Below, in pieces: positions 22,693 to 47,700 of a stretch of 64,000 nt of DNA. A program made the translations under genes and the position numbers. Within the stretch, counting starts at the first letter, position 1; each line of letters starts with the position of its first letter. The notes under the pieces were generated by a model that saw only the letters and a list, made by a program, of their open reading frames with translations, was not told where the DNA came from and did not search any database. Source of the DNA: Lama guanicoe (taxonomy: Eukaryota); the NCBI GenBank assembly GCA_013239625.1, contig MU054032.1, positions 558,001 to 622,000 on the forward strand, given 5' to 3'.

Positions 22693-24101
22693 CTCTGGAT
22701 TAGGAATTTGGTATTAACAGATACACACTATTATCTATAAGACAGATAAACAACAAGGACATACAGAAACAGTGCTTTGGAGATGCCTGACACTGCAAGA
22801 TGGGTTAACAGGAAGGCCAGTCTCTGGCCAGCCTATAGGCTATAGTTACTACTAAAGCACTTCTAGATGAAATTAAGATGAGGGCTGAATATAGCTCTCC
22901 AGGGGTCAGAGGTTCTCCAACTCTGCTACTAAAGTTAGGGAGCAATTATGAAAATGGGAAGTCAAAGCCAACAGAGGCAGTCTCACACAATGGTAAGGGC
23001 TTTGCAATCAGGCAAGCCTGAGTTTTATTCTCTGCTTTGCAATGAACCCATTGGGATCTCAGACCATTCACTCCCTTTGCCTTTCTGAGCCTTAGTTTCC
23101 TTATCTGTGAGGATGTGGGGGTGGGGTGGGGAGGATAATATGTGAAAGCAGCAAAAGGCAGAATTTGAATTCAATTCCAAAGTTCTGGGTACATTTAAGA
23201 TATCTGTTTCTCTTAGGGCTTGGCTTCTCAGAATCTGTGAGGATGAATTATTTTTTTAAAACATTTATGTAGTACTTCATATACATTATTTCATAGGAAA
23301 AGAAGATAGGCCATCATAACTCTACACTCTGAAACAGATAACATAATAGGAAAAAAACCCTACAAATAAGTTGATAAAGTTTCCTTTAGGTGCCATACAT
23401 ATTCTCTACTCTTAAGAAACAACAGGGAAAGTTACTAGATTCTTCGACTTACTCCCTCACATTTTTATCTACCAAAGCACGTGATTCAAGGGGCAGAACA
23501 CTAAGCCTTAATGTTACTGCTCTACAATATATGAGTGTTAGAATGGACTGAATTCTCATGGGCAGACACATCATGCTAGGCCTGGGAAAACAGTAGGAAA
23601 TTGGAGAAGTGTGAAGACAGGAAACAGTCAGACACTCGGGTTGCAAAGCCCTTGGTCATTAACCCTCACAGATTTTAAGTCAAGCCAGAGCCCATCGGCA
23701 ATCAGCAAACTTTCTTGAATTGTCAGATTAGTAACTACTGGATTAGAGGAGACTACCTCTACCCCAAAGTTTTAACTCAAGGATATGTCCTATCTTCTCT
23801 GTTCACAGTAATTGATGGGTTGCCATCTCTGTGCCTTATCTTTAATCCCAACATGTTTATAGGGGTATTATGTTTCTTAGGCAATAGCTGGACTCTCAAA
23901 AGTTCAGGGGTACAGAAATGGAATAATACATGTAAGACTCAACTGATTTCTACTCTGGTGGTGATTTTTTTTTGCTAAGAGCTGACAGTGGGCAAACGAC
24001 CCATCCAAAGGCAAAAATAAACCACAGCCAACCAGTCATGTAGTGTGATGATTATTACCTTCAAACTGGAGGCAAAAAAAGGAGAAGGAGGTTTCTCTTC
24101 A

Positions 24102-24237
24102 TTTTTTGGGGTGGGGTGCTAATTACGTTTATTTACTTTTTAATTAAATTTTTTTTAAATGGAGGTACTGGGGATTGAACTCAGGACCTCATGCATGCTA
24201 AGCATGTGCTATACCACTGAGTTTTACCCTCCTCCCC
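24102..24237 (-). mobile_element. tRNA-Ala-derived SINE (camelid vic-1-like)
   Basis: Reverse strand reads ggggaggagggtaaaactcagtggtatagcacatgcttagcatgcatgaggtcctgagttcaatccccagtacctcca plus an AT-rich tail; A and B boxes present; imperfect flanking duplication aagga.gttt.tc. Confidence 0.85.
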
Positions 24238-25449
24238 AAGGAAGTTTTTCTTTCTTCAACACTTTCAGTTCAGAAGAGAAGAAATCAGACTTAACTTTCC
24301 ACAAGAATGGCTTATCAAATGACCATTAACTAGGGAGGATCAAGGCTCGACCATGGCATCAGCCCACTGGGAAAGGGGGATGTGGAAGATGAGGGGTAAG
24401 CTCTTTAGTGTGGGCAGCTCTCCCAGCAGCACAGGAAAATATGAATAGGATAAGTTCCTCAGCCTGCCAATCCCAGGTAGGGCAAAACTCCATTCCTCAG
24501 GTCCCTTTCTACTTGGTAGCTTTGGGTCACTTTGCCAACTAAGTATGAAGCCTCTAGAAATCTGTCATCTATCAATAGAGACTGAGTTCCAGGTACAGAG
24601 CCACTAGAGTCTAGCCCACTCCCAAATGTCAGCCCTGTAAGTTCAGTTTGCCAGATAAGAGGCAGTCTAGAGGTCATCTGGTCCAGTCTCTGTATTTTAT
24701 GGTGAGGAAACTGGGGCAAATCAATCAACCTACCAGGTGTTACCATACAGCGAGCTACCCCACAACCGCTTAGCAAATCTCCTAGCTAGCCAGTACTCCT
24801 AGTCAGGAACTCTGGCTCCTGTTGTACCACCACACCTCGTAAGGAAGCAGGAGGTGCTAAACTCTGAACTGAAATCCAAAGGCACCAGGAGAGGAACAAG
24901 AGCTTAGACTGGATAAAGTTTCTGCCTCTATTCAGTTTAGATAAGCACTTCCTTTGGGAACTAAAAACAAGTTAGGAAGGCCCAGGCCTTCCCTGGGAAC
25001 TGGGATCCAGCCCTTTATTTTTCTGACAGAAGGACTCACTCATTACTATGCATCTCTAGAAGGTCTTGACCAACCCCTGCCAGGACAGTTGAAATAGAAG
25101 CAATTCAGTGGAAGGCGTCAGGAAAGCAGTGGTAATTTCCGCACAATTCAGTGTGCCTTGTGATTAATGTGAGATTTACTGAGTAGGGAAGATAGAGCAG
25201 AAGCCAGTAAGTACCTTAAACTCTCCAACTTTGTTTAGACCCCAAATTACCAAAATCTTAAACTGAGTTCCACTACTTGGCTCAGCTTTCATTGTGTTCA
25301 TCCAATGTTAACCAGGGAGTCACTGGCTTAAATGAGAGTCCTTCCACTTCACCCACTTACATTTCTTCCTTGTAGTTACCCAAGAGGCAAAAAGCATACC
25401 TATCTCTTATTAGCATGGTACTACAAACTCCCTGTTATTGACCTAGGAA

Positions 25450-25780
25450 AGACTGGAATGCCCTTCCCCACTCTGACTGCCTAGCAAACTCCTAAGATAC
25501 CTTCTAAAGCCACGCTCAAATGCCACATTCTCTGTGAAATTCCATGACTACTCTCTCACTCCAGCAGGATTCATCACTGCTTCTTCTGGGATCCTAGAGT
25601 ATTAAGACTATTTCGGCTGCAGCATTCATTACATTATATGAGCTAATTGTGTTTGTCTTCTCTGCTAAACTATGATATTCTCACTAAGTGTGACTATTTT
25701 TTAAGTCATCTTGAATCTCCAGAGCAGAGCACAATACCTGGTCCCTAGTAGGTGTTCATTAAATGCTCCCTAAATTAATT
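25450..25780 (+). mobile_element. L2 LINE 3' fragment
   Basis: ctcaaatgccacattctctgtgaa ... cagagcacaatacctggtccctagtaggtgttcattaaatg, typical L2 3' end. Confidence 0.7.
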
Positions 25781-28779
25781 AAGGCCAAAGCAATCTTGCT
25801 TCCTTCCTCCATCTACTCCTTCCCTTCTGTGCCGTCTGGATAGATTCTTACTCAGTTCCATTTGGGAATGTTTTTAATAGGCCTCAGAGAACCAATTCTC
25901 CCTCTTGCCTCTCTGTGATCTCCCCTGGATGGAGGGCCCTCTTGGGACCCAGGCCACAAGGTACTGTTGCAACTCACATGGGCTAACTGCTTTTCCTGTC
26001 ACCCGTTACTATGCCTCAGATGGCCTAATCACACTAAATATGTTGCCCTTCCACCCTAACACTGAAGCAACAGTGGCTAAAAAAGTTCTCTGAATTTTCA
26101 GTTATGTGAAGTGTGCAAAAAACATTGGGTCATTATCTCTATTAATTTCTGAACTTGAGAAACACAAGTTAAAAAAAAATCATACCACCACAGACCTAGA
26201 GGACACTGAAAAGGTACCCACTGCCCCTCAGTAAACTACAACCTGGCCCAGAAATCTGCACACACTTTGCTCACCTGGGTAGCTCCTTATTCAGCTCAGT
26301 TACTGTGCAGTCAAGGGCTAAATCTTTTCTAAAACACTCTTGGGAAGTGGGACTGTATTATGTAGGGTTTTAAGGTATCCTTCCTCCTAGAAGGCTGTTG
26401 CATTTCCTTATTTTAAATTCACTGTCTTACACTTTGGTTACTTTCTAATCTGAAATGCTTTAGGATTAGGGAGCAGGCTGTACACTTGCTTCTTCTACAC
26501 TATGCCCCCTAAGTCAAATTCATATCAATGCACACAAACAAGCAAACTATCAAAGAGCAATCCTTGCTCCTGGGCAAACTAAGAGTTGGATGATATGAGG
26601 TATGACTTCAAGGGCAATGGGAAAGCCCTCTTCTCCAAAAGTATTTTTGTAACTCCAGATCTATGTTTGAAATTCTATATTGATAATTCTACTCCTTAGC
26701 TCCATGTTAAGAAGCAAAAAACCTTGGAATGATTAATACTTTAAGTGACTATTTGTTATTTATAACTTAACATGGAGCAATTCCAGATCATTTCTTGAAG
26801 GTAGACTTTGACTATGAGGAAGGTGGAAAAGACAAAAAGAACAAGAAAGGGACAGGATACCATTAGGATGTAGGAAGCCTAGTGAGCATTAAAAAAAAAA
26901 ACCCTCCCCGCCCCCCCACGCATCTGCACAATCTTCTCTAGGACTGGTTTTGCAGGAGAGAAAATAAAAGCTCCTGGGGGGACAACAATCAAGGTTTCTG
27001 GGGGTACTGTACAAAGGCTGGGCACATTAAAGGGCTTCTATAGCCAGTAAGGACAAATTCAGTTAATAAGGTGGTGTATAAAGCGTCCCAGCTGTGCTGA
27101 GATTTAGAGGAAAATCAATTTCATATCTAGAGAAATTTGGAGCCTTCATGTATCACTACAGAAAGATACAGGGGCCCCTAAGGAGACCCATCATCTTCTT
27201 TTAGGATAGTGAAGGGACAGTCACATAATCTGAACATGCAGAGACCATGAACCAGAAGATAGAAGTCTCAAATTCTTCACTTTAGCAGAGATGCCAATAA
27301 TTCTCCCAAACAGAATAATTCACGTTAATGTTTCTTTCCTGCCCATAAAAGAGAAGTAGGCCATCTATTGGCTATTTCCTAGGATACCCATGCACAAGGG
27401 GGTGTATGTAAGGATGTACAGGATAACCCAGAGTACAGCTCTCTGCTTGTCTTTGATAAAAGCAAGACAAAATGAACTGTGAAAAGGAGCACAATGAATA
27501 ACAGAGTATCATCTCAGAAGGGAAAACTGGAAAGAATGAGAAATCAGTTTGGTGGAAAACATGAAAACAGAATTGCCTTTGGTGGCACATCCCCCAAAGC
27601 AAAGCAAGATTGGTCTGATGTGCTGTCTCTTATCTCTGACCTTTCTGGATGAAATGAGTGAGGTATATGTGGGAGGATTTACACTTTTTACACTTCTGTA
27701 AAACTTGAATATTTAAAAATATATACATATTACTTTTCTAATTAAAAAGAAATGTAGTTATAAACTACGGTAGTATAAAAGGGAAAAAGGAGGAAGTATA
27801 ACAAGGGAAAATCCAATAAGCTCCAATCTATGGGGGGACTAAGGAGGTCAGTAGGCCATTAAACATAAATAGGAGGGGACTCCTGTGTCTTAGTAATCCA
27901 TCTTTTCTCTACTCACCATCTTCCCTAAGTGCCTCTCTGACCCAACCTTCTAATAGCTCAGAAACCTGGGCTCCTGAAGAAGTAGATAAAGAACAGTTGT
28001 GATGCCAACCTTCTGGAATGGAATTTCTCACTTGTCCCCAAATCCCTTCCTCAGTGATATCACCTCATATTTCCAAGCTTGGTCCTACCTAACCACTACC
28101 TGCCTGGGAAATATCCAAGTCTAAGGGACATAAAAGTTTCACCAACTATGGTCACAAGATCTCTGGATAGCTGGGGATCCCTAAGCCCATTTCTAGTGCA
28201 GAAAATGAATCACTGATTCCCCACTTCTAGGTCAGAGATATGGCATCCAATATAGACCACATTATTAAGCTGGAAAGAAACCAACAAACATCCCCCAAAT
28301 CCAACTTTTTAGCTTTTTCACAGGTCATGAAACAGTAGGTAAGAAGTAACAGACACTGCAGCCAAGACCAGCTTGAGGGAAAGGGAAAGTGTTAGGGGCT
28401 GAATTTGGAACAGCCAATAGTTACAGAAAAAAATTACTTTTGTCTTGTTGGCTACCCTGGGAATACCAAAAAACTTAAAACTGCCACATCTCCACACTAG
28501 TGGGAACAAAAGAGTTACTACTCCCAAGGGTACTTCCAGCCCACCCTTCAGCATTCCCAGAAACTCCCTAAACTGATACAAGGCCCTACTTCCATTGCTC
28601 CAGCTCCCTGAGTCTTCTAGATTAGGAAAGCTTTCTTCCCTTGTCTCAGTTCTCCCTCCCTGAACCTAAACCCTTCTCGGCTCAACTCTGGGGCACCCTA
28701 GTAATTTTTATAATAGTCGCTTTTCCTGAAAAGAATTTCTCTCACCCAGCTAAGAGCTCTTCTCTGGCCCTTCCAATGA

Positions 28780-29930
28780 GACATCTCGAGAGAGCTCCTC
28801 CGGGGCCGGGCGCCGGACTTGACCCCTCCTCACCTCCCGGCGAATGGGCTTACCTCACCCGCCGCCCCGTCCCTTTCCCCCAGCTCCTCCCTCTCCCGCG
28901 CCGCTCAGTGAGGCCTGCCCCTGCCCGCACACGAGCCCCGGGCCTCCCGCGCCGACCCAAGCCCGGCCGCCAACACCACCCGGCCGCCTCCCGGACTCAC
29001 CAACTTCGGGCTCCCAGCCCGCCCGGCCCCCTCCTCAGCGCCCTCATTAGGCCTGCGGGGGCCCGGCCCCCTTCTCCCCTCTCCAGTGGGCCATTCTAAC
29101 CCTTCACTGAGGCCCAGACCCGCCTCTGCCCTCAGGCCAGGGCGCTCTCTTCTCCCGGGCGCCTCCGCCCCTGCCCTTGAGGGCTCCATCAGCCCGGTAC
29201 CTGGGGCTCCGTTCCCCCGTCGGGCCCAAGCCTGTGTCGAACAGACAAACAGCTGCAGCTCAACCAAACCTTCCTGCCCCTCCTCCTCCTCCTCCTCGCC
29301 CTGGGGCGGGGGCCCCAGCCAATAGCACGACTACCCGCCTACCGTCAAGGGTGGGCTCTGTGCGCACTAACCCGCCAATCCTCTGGAGAAAGGCGGGTCC
29401 TTTTAGAGGCTGTCACCAACGAGTACGAGCAAAGGACTGGACTGGCGGGATCCTGGACCAATACAGAGAGAGAAACCTTGAAGACGGACCAGGTGAAGAG
29501 CCACTAAAGAGCGAGCTTCCCGAGGTGGGGGCGGTGCCCTGTAGAAGGCGTATACACCAACCAATAAATTCTCGACACCCTCATGACCCCGCCTTTTGAC
29601 TCATAAACATCTAATCAGGTGAGCGACGGAGGCGGGTCAATGTGAAACTTTAACCAGTACTGAGAAAATTCGGTACTTGAATGGCAGGCAAGGCGGGGTC
29701 GAAAAGCCTTAGGAAGGCCGCTACTGACCTTCGCCCCTCCCCCCGGATTTGGCGGGGGTTGCCTCCGGTGCCCCGCCCTCTATGACAAATTCGTGGGCGT
29801 GAAGGGAAATACCTCTCCTAGGGACCCGGAGCCTGGGAATTTAAGTACTCCTCTTGTCGGTGCTTTCTCCTTTCGGTGGGGCCCAAGAGCACAGGAGTTT
29901 TGGGGGTGGCCCGCGGGCCTGCCTGAGATT
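28780..29930 (-). promoter_or_regulatory. RAB5B: RAB5B CpG-island promoter with CCAAT and GC boxes
   Basis: CpG-rich; CCAAT at ~29319, 29375, 29458 and 29561; GGGGCGG boxes. Confidence 0.85.
29201..29300 (-). other. RAB5B: RAB5B non-coding exon 1 (donor at 29201/29200; an alternative donor at 29001/29000)
   Basis: GAGCCCCAG|GTACCG donor, splicing to acceptor TTGCAG|GACTG at 19765. TSS approximate. Confidence 0.7.
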
Positions 29931-30559
29931 TTTTCTTTTAGGTGAGGTAAGACAATGGCAACTCCGAGAAGTGGTAGCTGAGGGAGGCATTAGCTCTTTT
30001 ATAATGATTTTTCATAAAACGATTGATGTATTCTGAATCGTATGTAAATGTGTATAAAGTAGCCTTAGAAAACTTTGCTGTTAGTGATATGCAACAAAAA
30101 GGAAAAAAGACGAACTTACTGGGAATTAGTGTCAAGGCAAATTCCCATGGAGCCCACTTTCAACCAAATTACTGTTCCTAAGCCCTTCCTAACATTGAAA
30201 TTCTGGAACAGGCCCATTGTATGTGTGTGTATTTGGTCTGTGCGTGTTAGGGGGTCGGGGGCTAGATGCAGGTTTGTGGGGAAAGTGAAGTAGGAAATAC
30301 ATAGGCTTCAGTTTCCCCAGCTGTAAAATGGGGGCAATAATTCCCACTTCGCCTACCCTCGGGACTATCCCAATTTTATCACAGAAGTCAAAAAGAGGTG
30401 AGGTGGGTAACCCTGCACAGAGAGATTAGGAAAAGGAGGGGGGTGGTGTCTGAAACCAATTATATACACACATTCATACTCTCTCTCACAACATTCTTTC
30501 AGTAAATAACACAAAAGTAAAAGAGTAAAGAGATGAACTATAAAACCAGGAACTTTTTT

Positions 30560-30565
30560 TTTAAT
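30560..30565 (-). terminator. CDK2: Probable CDK2 polyadenylation signal (ATTAAA)
   Basis: TTTAAT on + about 1.1 kb past the stop, followed on the mRNA strand by U/GU-rich sequence. Confidence 0.5.
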
Positions 30566-31660
30566 GAATTACAAACTAAATTACAAATAATGTTAATGGC
30601 AAGAATATTCAAGGACAAAAGGTGGGAGAAGAGAGACAAAATCATAAAAAGAAAAAAAGATTTTTTAAAGACATTTGCATTACAAATCCCAAGGTGCCCA
30701 TGGCAACAAGTCCAATCATTCCCACTTAAAAAACTATTATAACCTGAAATATAAATATAATTGTTCATCCTTCTTTTAAAGAAAAAAATTTTTTTCCCAA
30801 CCCCCCCACTCAGTCCTAAAAGTGTCAGCATTCTCAAAATGATGTCTAAACCTTCACTTTCACTCCATGGGGTGGCCTTCAGAGGAAGATGGGAACTAGC
30901 ACCTGAAGAATTAAGAATCTTAAAAAGAAGAGAAAATTTCAAACATCGTTCACTGTCTCCATAAGGCCTCAGTGAAGCAGTCCCTGTCCCAGAGCCTCCC
31001 AGACACTCCTTGCCTATAAAAGGGACAGGCAAGAAGACTAGGAGTAATCATTTCTACTGCAGCCCCACCAGGACTGTGGAGACTGGGAATCTGGAGTCTC
31101 CCAAACTATTAGGTGAGATGAAACACTAAAACTAAGATATAAACTGGTTGGACCTATTATTTAACCTAATTCTTTAAAACAGGACCCTCCCTATGTTTTT
31201 GTTTTGCTTGGTTTCCAAAAGTTCCAATTTAGCCCCTTTGCTTTCAGTTGGCCTTACAAACACAGTGGCTGCAGGAGGCTTGGGGTCTCTGTCATCCCGA
31301 ACACAGAAAATAATAATACAGGGCTTTCAGAGACTGGGATGGCAAACCCTATATGGAGGAATGAGGAAGAGTCAATCTTTTTTTTTTTTCCTTAAATACC
31401 AACCCTCCTAAGCAATGACTAAGAGGAGGGGGATAGGATGGTCGAGGCTGACATAAGTGCATCTAATACTGAAGCTTCCTTTCAATTTTACCTATTTCTC
31501 CCCTCCACCTGCTGTTTCCCCAGAGCTGGCTGGCTAAGAGGGGCAGGTGAGTGCTAAGGCAGCCAGACAAAATCAGTGGGCTAAGATCCCAGGACCAAGG
31601 CAGATTGGGCCCCCACTGGAGGACAGGGTGATCCTGGGGGCAGGGGCTTGGAGAAGGACA

Positions 31661-36290
<4,630 letters not shown>

Positions 36291-36883
36291 AGGGATATTA
36301 AGATAAGTTTCAACCTAGGTAGGGAGGTCGAATACCTGTCTCCAAGTATTTGATTTGGACTCGAGAATCCTACCTGTGTCCTGAGTCTGTAGGGATTTCC
36401 TCATCTCTAAATGGCCGTTTTCACCACCCCCAGGAAAACGTGTACTGATCTGAGATTAAATTCCACCTGGCCCAAGGAGTTTCCTCTGAAAAGCAGGAAG
36501 CTGGGAATCTCATTGTAAGAATTTCCTGGGCCTCAGAGGAGTCGTTGCCTCCGCCTCTCAGCCTACCCGGATATTGTCTCTCTTTGTTTTTGGATGCAGG
36601 GTCACTGTTTCTAAGTCTTTTTGAGAGGTTCTAAATTTGACTCACAACTGATTGATCTACTCTTCTATGGTGAATAGTGTGTACCGGTACGTGTTGTGTT
36701 ATATAGCTGCCCTTCAGTCAGTTCTTTCCCAGGAAGATGGAGTGTGAGAAGACGAGAATGACTCTGAAACCAGAAACTCACTGAGTAGCAAGATGTCCAG
36801 GGACAGGATCCCTCGTCAGTTCTGCCTTTCTCAGGTCCTCTTGCTCCTCCCAGGCCTCCCTTGGAAGGAGAGGAGGAAGGGCT

Positions 36884-36911
36884 ATGCAAATGAGCACCCC
36901 TTTCTTATATA
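36884..36911 (+). promoter_or_regulatory. PMEL: PMEL proximal promoter: octamer ATGCAAAT and TATA-like TATATA
   Basis: ATGCAAAT at 36884-36891 and TATATA at 36906-36911, ~50 bp upstream of the ATG. Confidence 0.55.
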
Positions 36912-36961
36912 GGGGCTTGTCCCACCTTCCAGCACCTTTGGTTGCTGGAAGAAAGAACAGG

Positions 36962-44253
<7,292 letters not shown>

Positions 44254-44343
44254 GTACCCTCATGTGATGTCATGATTTACCCAGGGGGGGACAGCAATGT
44301 CTGTCTTTTCCCCAGTCTTCCCTTGGAGACTACCATTGCCTGA

Positions 44344-44349
44344 AATAAA
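44344..44349 (+). terminator. PMEL: PMEL polyadenylation signal AATAAA
   Basis: 90 nt after the stop codon. Confidence 0.85.
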
Positions 44350-44476
44350 CACTCAGAACCCGGTGCTGCTTTTTCCTTGCTTCTGGGAGAATCCATGTCA
44401 TTTAAGGAGTGGAGGCATAAAGGAAGGAGGGGTACCACTTACTTAACAGATACCCCAGTGAGAAAAAAAAAGTCGT

Positions 44477-44482
44477 TTTATT
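44477..44482 (-). terminator. DGKA: DGKA polyadenylation signal AATAAA
   Basis: TTTATT on +, ~235 nt past the DGKA stop. Confidence 0.8.
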
Positions 44483-44515
44483 CAGATGAGGCACTTCAAA
44501 TGTATTGTTTGTGGG

Positions 44516-44542
44516 GTGTGTGTGTGTGTGTGTGTGTGTGTG
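44516..44542. repeat. (TG)n microsatellite, (CA)n in the DGKA 3' UTR
   Basis: Seen directly. Confidence 0.95.
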
Positions 44543-44715
44543 CATATGTGCATGGGGAATAGTGGAGGTGGTACAGGATAATAAATACTGTGAGGGTGAA
44601 GGAACACTCCCCTGAGCTGGCAGGAGGGTGTGGCAGCAATGTACAGAGCCTAGCAGGTAGAGTCCAGGGACGAGGAGGTGGGTTCAAGGCTGTCTTGGAG
44701 GCTGAGATGTCCCTC

Positions 44716-47700
44716 TCAGCACAAGAAGCCAAAGAAATTGGAGGAGCGGGGAGGCGGGCCCACAAGCATGGGCATCTGGTTCCTGTGGGTGATCTTGATC
44801 TGGAAGGGAAGGGGGCACATTCAGAGGCAGGACCTGGGGCCCTGGGGCTGGAGCAGCAGAGTTTTGAGGAACATCATGGGGTTCAGGGTGGGTTATAAGG
44901 GTCCTAGAGAGGCCATGGTAGGAAGGCCAGGGGCTGAGAAATCAGGATTTGGGAGGAAGGGTGCACAGGGATCTTCGGGCCTCAGGAGGGAGTAAAGAAG
45001 CTGTGGAATGGAAATTTAGGATCCATGAGGGTTCAGTTTTTGGCAGCCATAGGCAATACTCACCGTACAGGGTGTTTGCATCCAGGGTTCTCCATCGATT
45101 TGCATGGGGAGGGTTTTTGTGGTGCTGTGTGAGGTCAAGGTAGATTGGTGGCGATTTCTTTACCAACCAAGTACCAAAACTCTGTTTCTTAGGTTGACTT
45201 TGAGGCCCTTTGTCACTGAGGAAGATCTGGTACAGCCCCTCCACACCGTCCCCAGACCCCTTCCGCTTTCCCGGCCCCGCTCCTTCCCTCAGAGCCCCTG
45301 GCTGGCGTTTTCCTTACTGGAAGGTGATCTCAGAGCACTTGGCCAGCCGATGTCCAGCATTCTTGAGCTTGGTGTAGATCTGGCCCATCTCAATTGCACC
45401 CTCCAGCCCTACTACTTCTAGCCGCTTGTCACTTAGATCTGGGGGTGAAAAGTAGGGAGATAGGTCTTGTAGAAGCAGGGTGCTTCCAAAGAGTCACACC
45501 TTCCCTTAGTCCCACTCACTCAGCTCCCAAGGCTGCTCCTCTTACCGGGTACGCAGGTTTTCAGGATATCAGGGTCGGTGATGACTTTAGCTGTAGCACC
45601 TAAGGCCTGGTTGATCCCATGGATGTCACTTTGTGGTCTCTTGGTGTCACCCCAGAGATTGGAGCCACCGTGCATGCTTGGGATGTTCAGCACTGCAATG
45701 CCTTCTAGGGACAGGTTGCTTAGATCCAGTGGTTTCCCACAGATCTGACGGGAGGAGAGCACAGATCCTTACCTCATGGCATAATCATGGACGTGACCCC
45801 TCCCTCCACCAGACAATGAACTGGGAAGGCTAGGATTTGGAGGCTAGCAAGGCATGGAGGGAAACAGGAACCGGTGTATCTTGAGAACTTGGGAAATCAC
45901 AATTGGAGGGCTGGGAGGTCAAAGTATAAGTTCAAGAATATGGGGAGTTCCCGAGGGCGCCTGTGGAGGAAGAAACTAAGACACAAGAAACTGAAAAGGA
46001 TATGGGGTTGGGTCTTATCACACCCACCTCAACTGTCAGAGATTCCTCCAGCTTTTTGCATGTTGAGAAGATGGATTCAGACGTGGCAAATTCGAAGTAC
46101 CATAGCTTGTTCTTCATTCTGTGTCGGCCCCAACAGCAGCCCCAGGAGGAAGGGGACGAGAGGCAGAGGTGGGCTACATGCAGTCCCATGGGGGTCAGGG
46201 AGGCTTGGTTGAGGGGCTTCCTAGAGGTCTCACTGCCCATCTAAGTTCTGAGTCAAACTGGGCCACAACCTGGTCCCTGCTACTGTGTATGCCCGCACCC
46301 ACCCCCCCTTCTCTCACCTGCTGTTGAACTTCTCAGGATATTTCTCTCGCATGATGTGGAAGCGGTGAGCAATAGAGGCATCCTGGGGAGTTCAGGGCGT
46401 GTGAGATCAGAGGCTGTCCCCTCTCTCAGCACAGAGCCCTCTGTCTCTTTAACTCCCCAGTTGGGGAGCAATATGTCCCATGTTCTTTTCTTACAACTCA
46501 CACCACTGTACCCCACTCCTGATTTCCCTGTGTCACAGCTCCCTTACCCTCTACCTTCCCTTTCTGCCCTTCTCTGGCCTCTGCCTGCTTAACCCCCACC
46601 GTCTCCCATCCCCCCATGCTCCACTCCACTAACCACACCAATGGAGAAGTAGTTATTGATGATTTGAAAGGGGACTGGGTCACTCTTTTCTTCAGTTTGT
46701 TGGGGTATCACCTCCACGGACCATCGATCCATATGTACCACCTTACTTGTCTCTAAATCCTTGAGGATCTTTCCCAAATTCTGTCCCTCATACCCTAAGG
46801 GTGGAGGAGAAGACAGGTTAGCACTGAGCCCCAGCTCCCAGAGGGACTTCCTCTCAGTTCCCAGCTCCACAAATTCCCAGGGATCCTCTGAACTGGTTCT
46901 GCAGACCCTCCCACCCCTAAGTAGTGAAAGGGCAGGGTGCTCAGTCATGGCTCCCACAGACCAGTCTTAAGGTCAGACCATTGCTGACCCTTTTCTCCAT
47001 ACTGTCACTGTCATGGAAGGTGTATGTTCCCAAATGTGTGTGTGCACTTAGCAATAAATGCCAAAATTCATCTGGAAGAGTAAAGAAAATAGCCAGGAAA
47101 ATGCAAAATGCTGAAAAAGACAAGTGATGAATATGAATAATCTCTCTCTTTCTCTGATGTTTCCCCTCCTAATTCTACCAGATAGAACACAGCATAAAGC
47201 AATGGTGTCAAAACAGGGTGACACTGGCACAGTGAATACGATACAAAGTTCAACAGTAAAGAACAGAGTTCCCAGAAATAGACTCAAGTATACACTGGAA
47301 TTTAGAATATGATAACATTTCAAATAAATGGGGAAAGACAGATTACTCAGTGAATGGTGCTAGATGTAAAAGTCAACCCTTACACTGAAATAAATTCAAG
47401 ATGAGTCAACAAATTTAAATGTAAAAAGTTGAAGCACAATTTATACTAGTGAACATGAGTGAATGTTTTTATAATCTTTGAGTGGAAAAGGGCTTTCTAA
47501 AGCATAGTACAAAACTCAGAGCCAAAAAAGAAAAAGACTGATCAATACAATTATATTAAAGTTAAAACTTCTGAAATCAAACAAAAGTAAAGAAAATATA
47601 TTTGGGATTTTCAAAATTGCCACAGAATAAACAGAAATAGTTCTAACAACAACAACAAAACCCCAAAACCAACCAACCAAATGAACAAAAAACTTCTGCA

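Noticed and set aside
28905..29094. ATG-initiated RAB5B extension from the alternative donor at 29001
   Set aside because: The in-phase ATG at 29094 reaches TAA after 15 codons; the other ATGs are out of frame.
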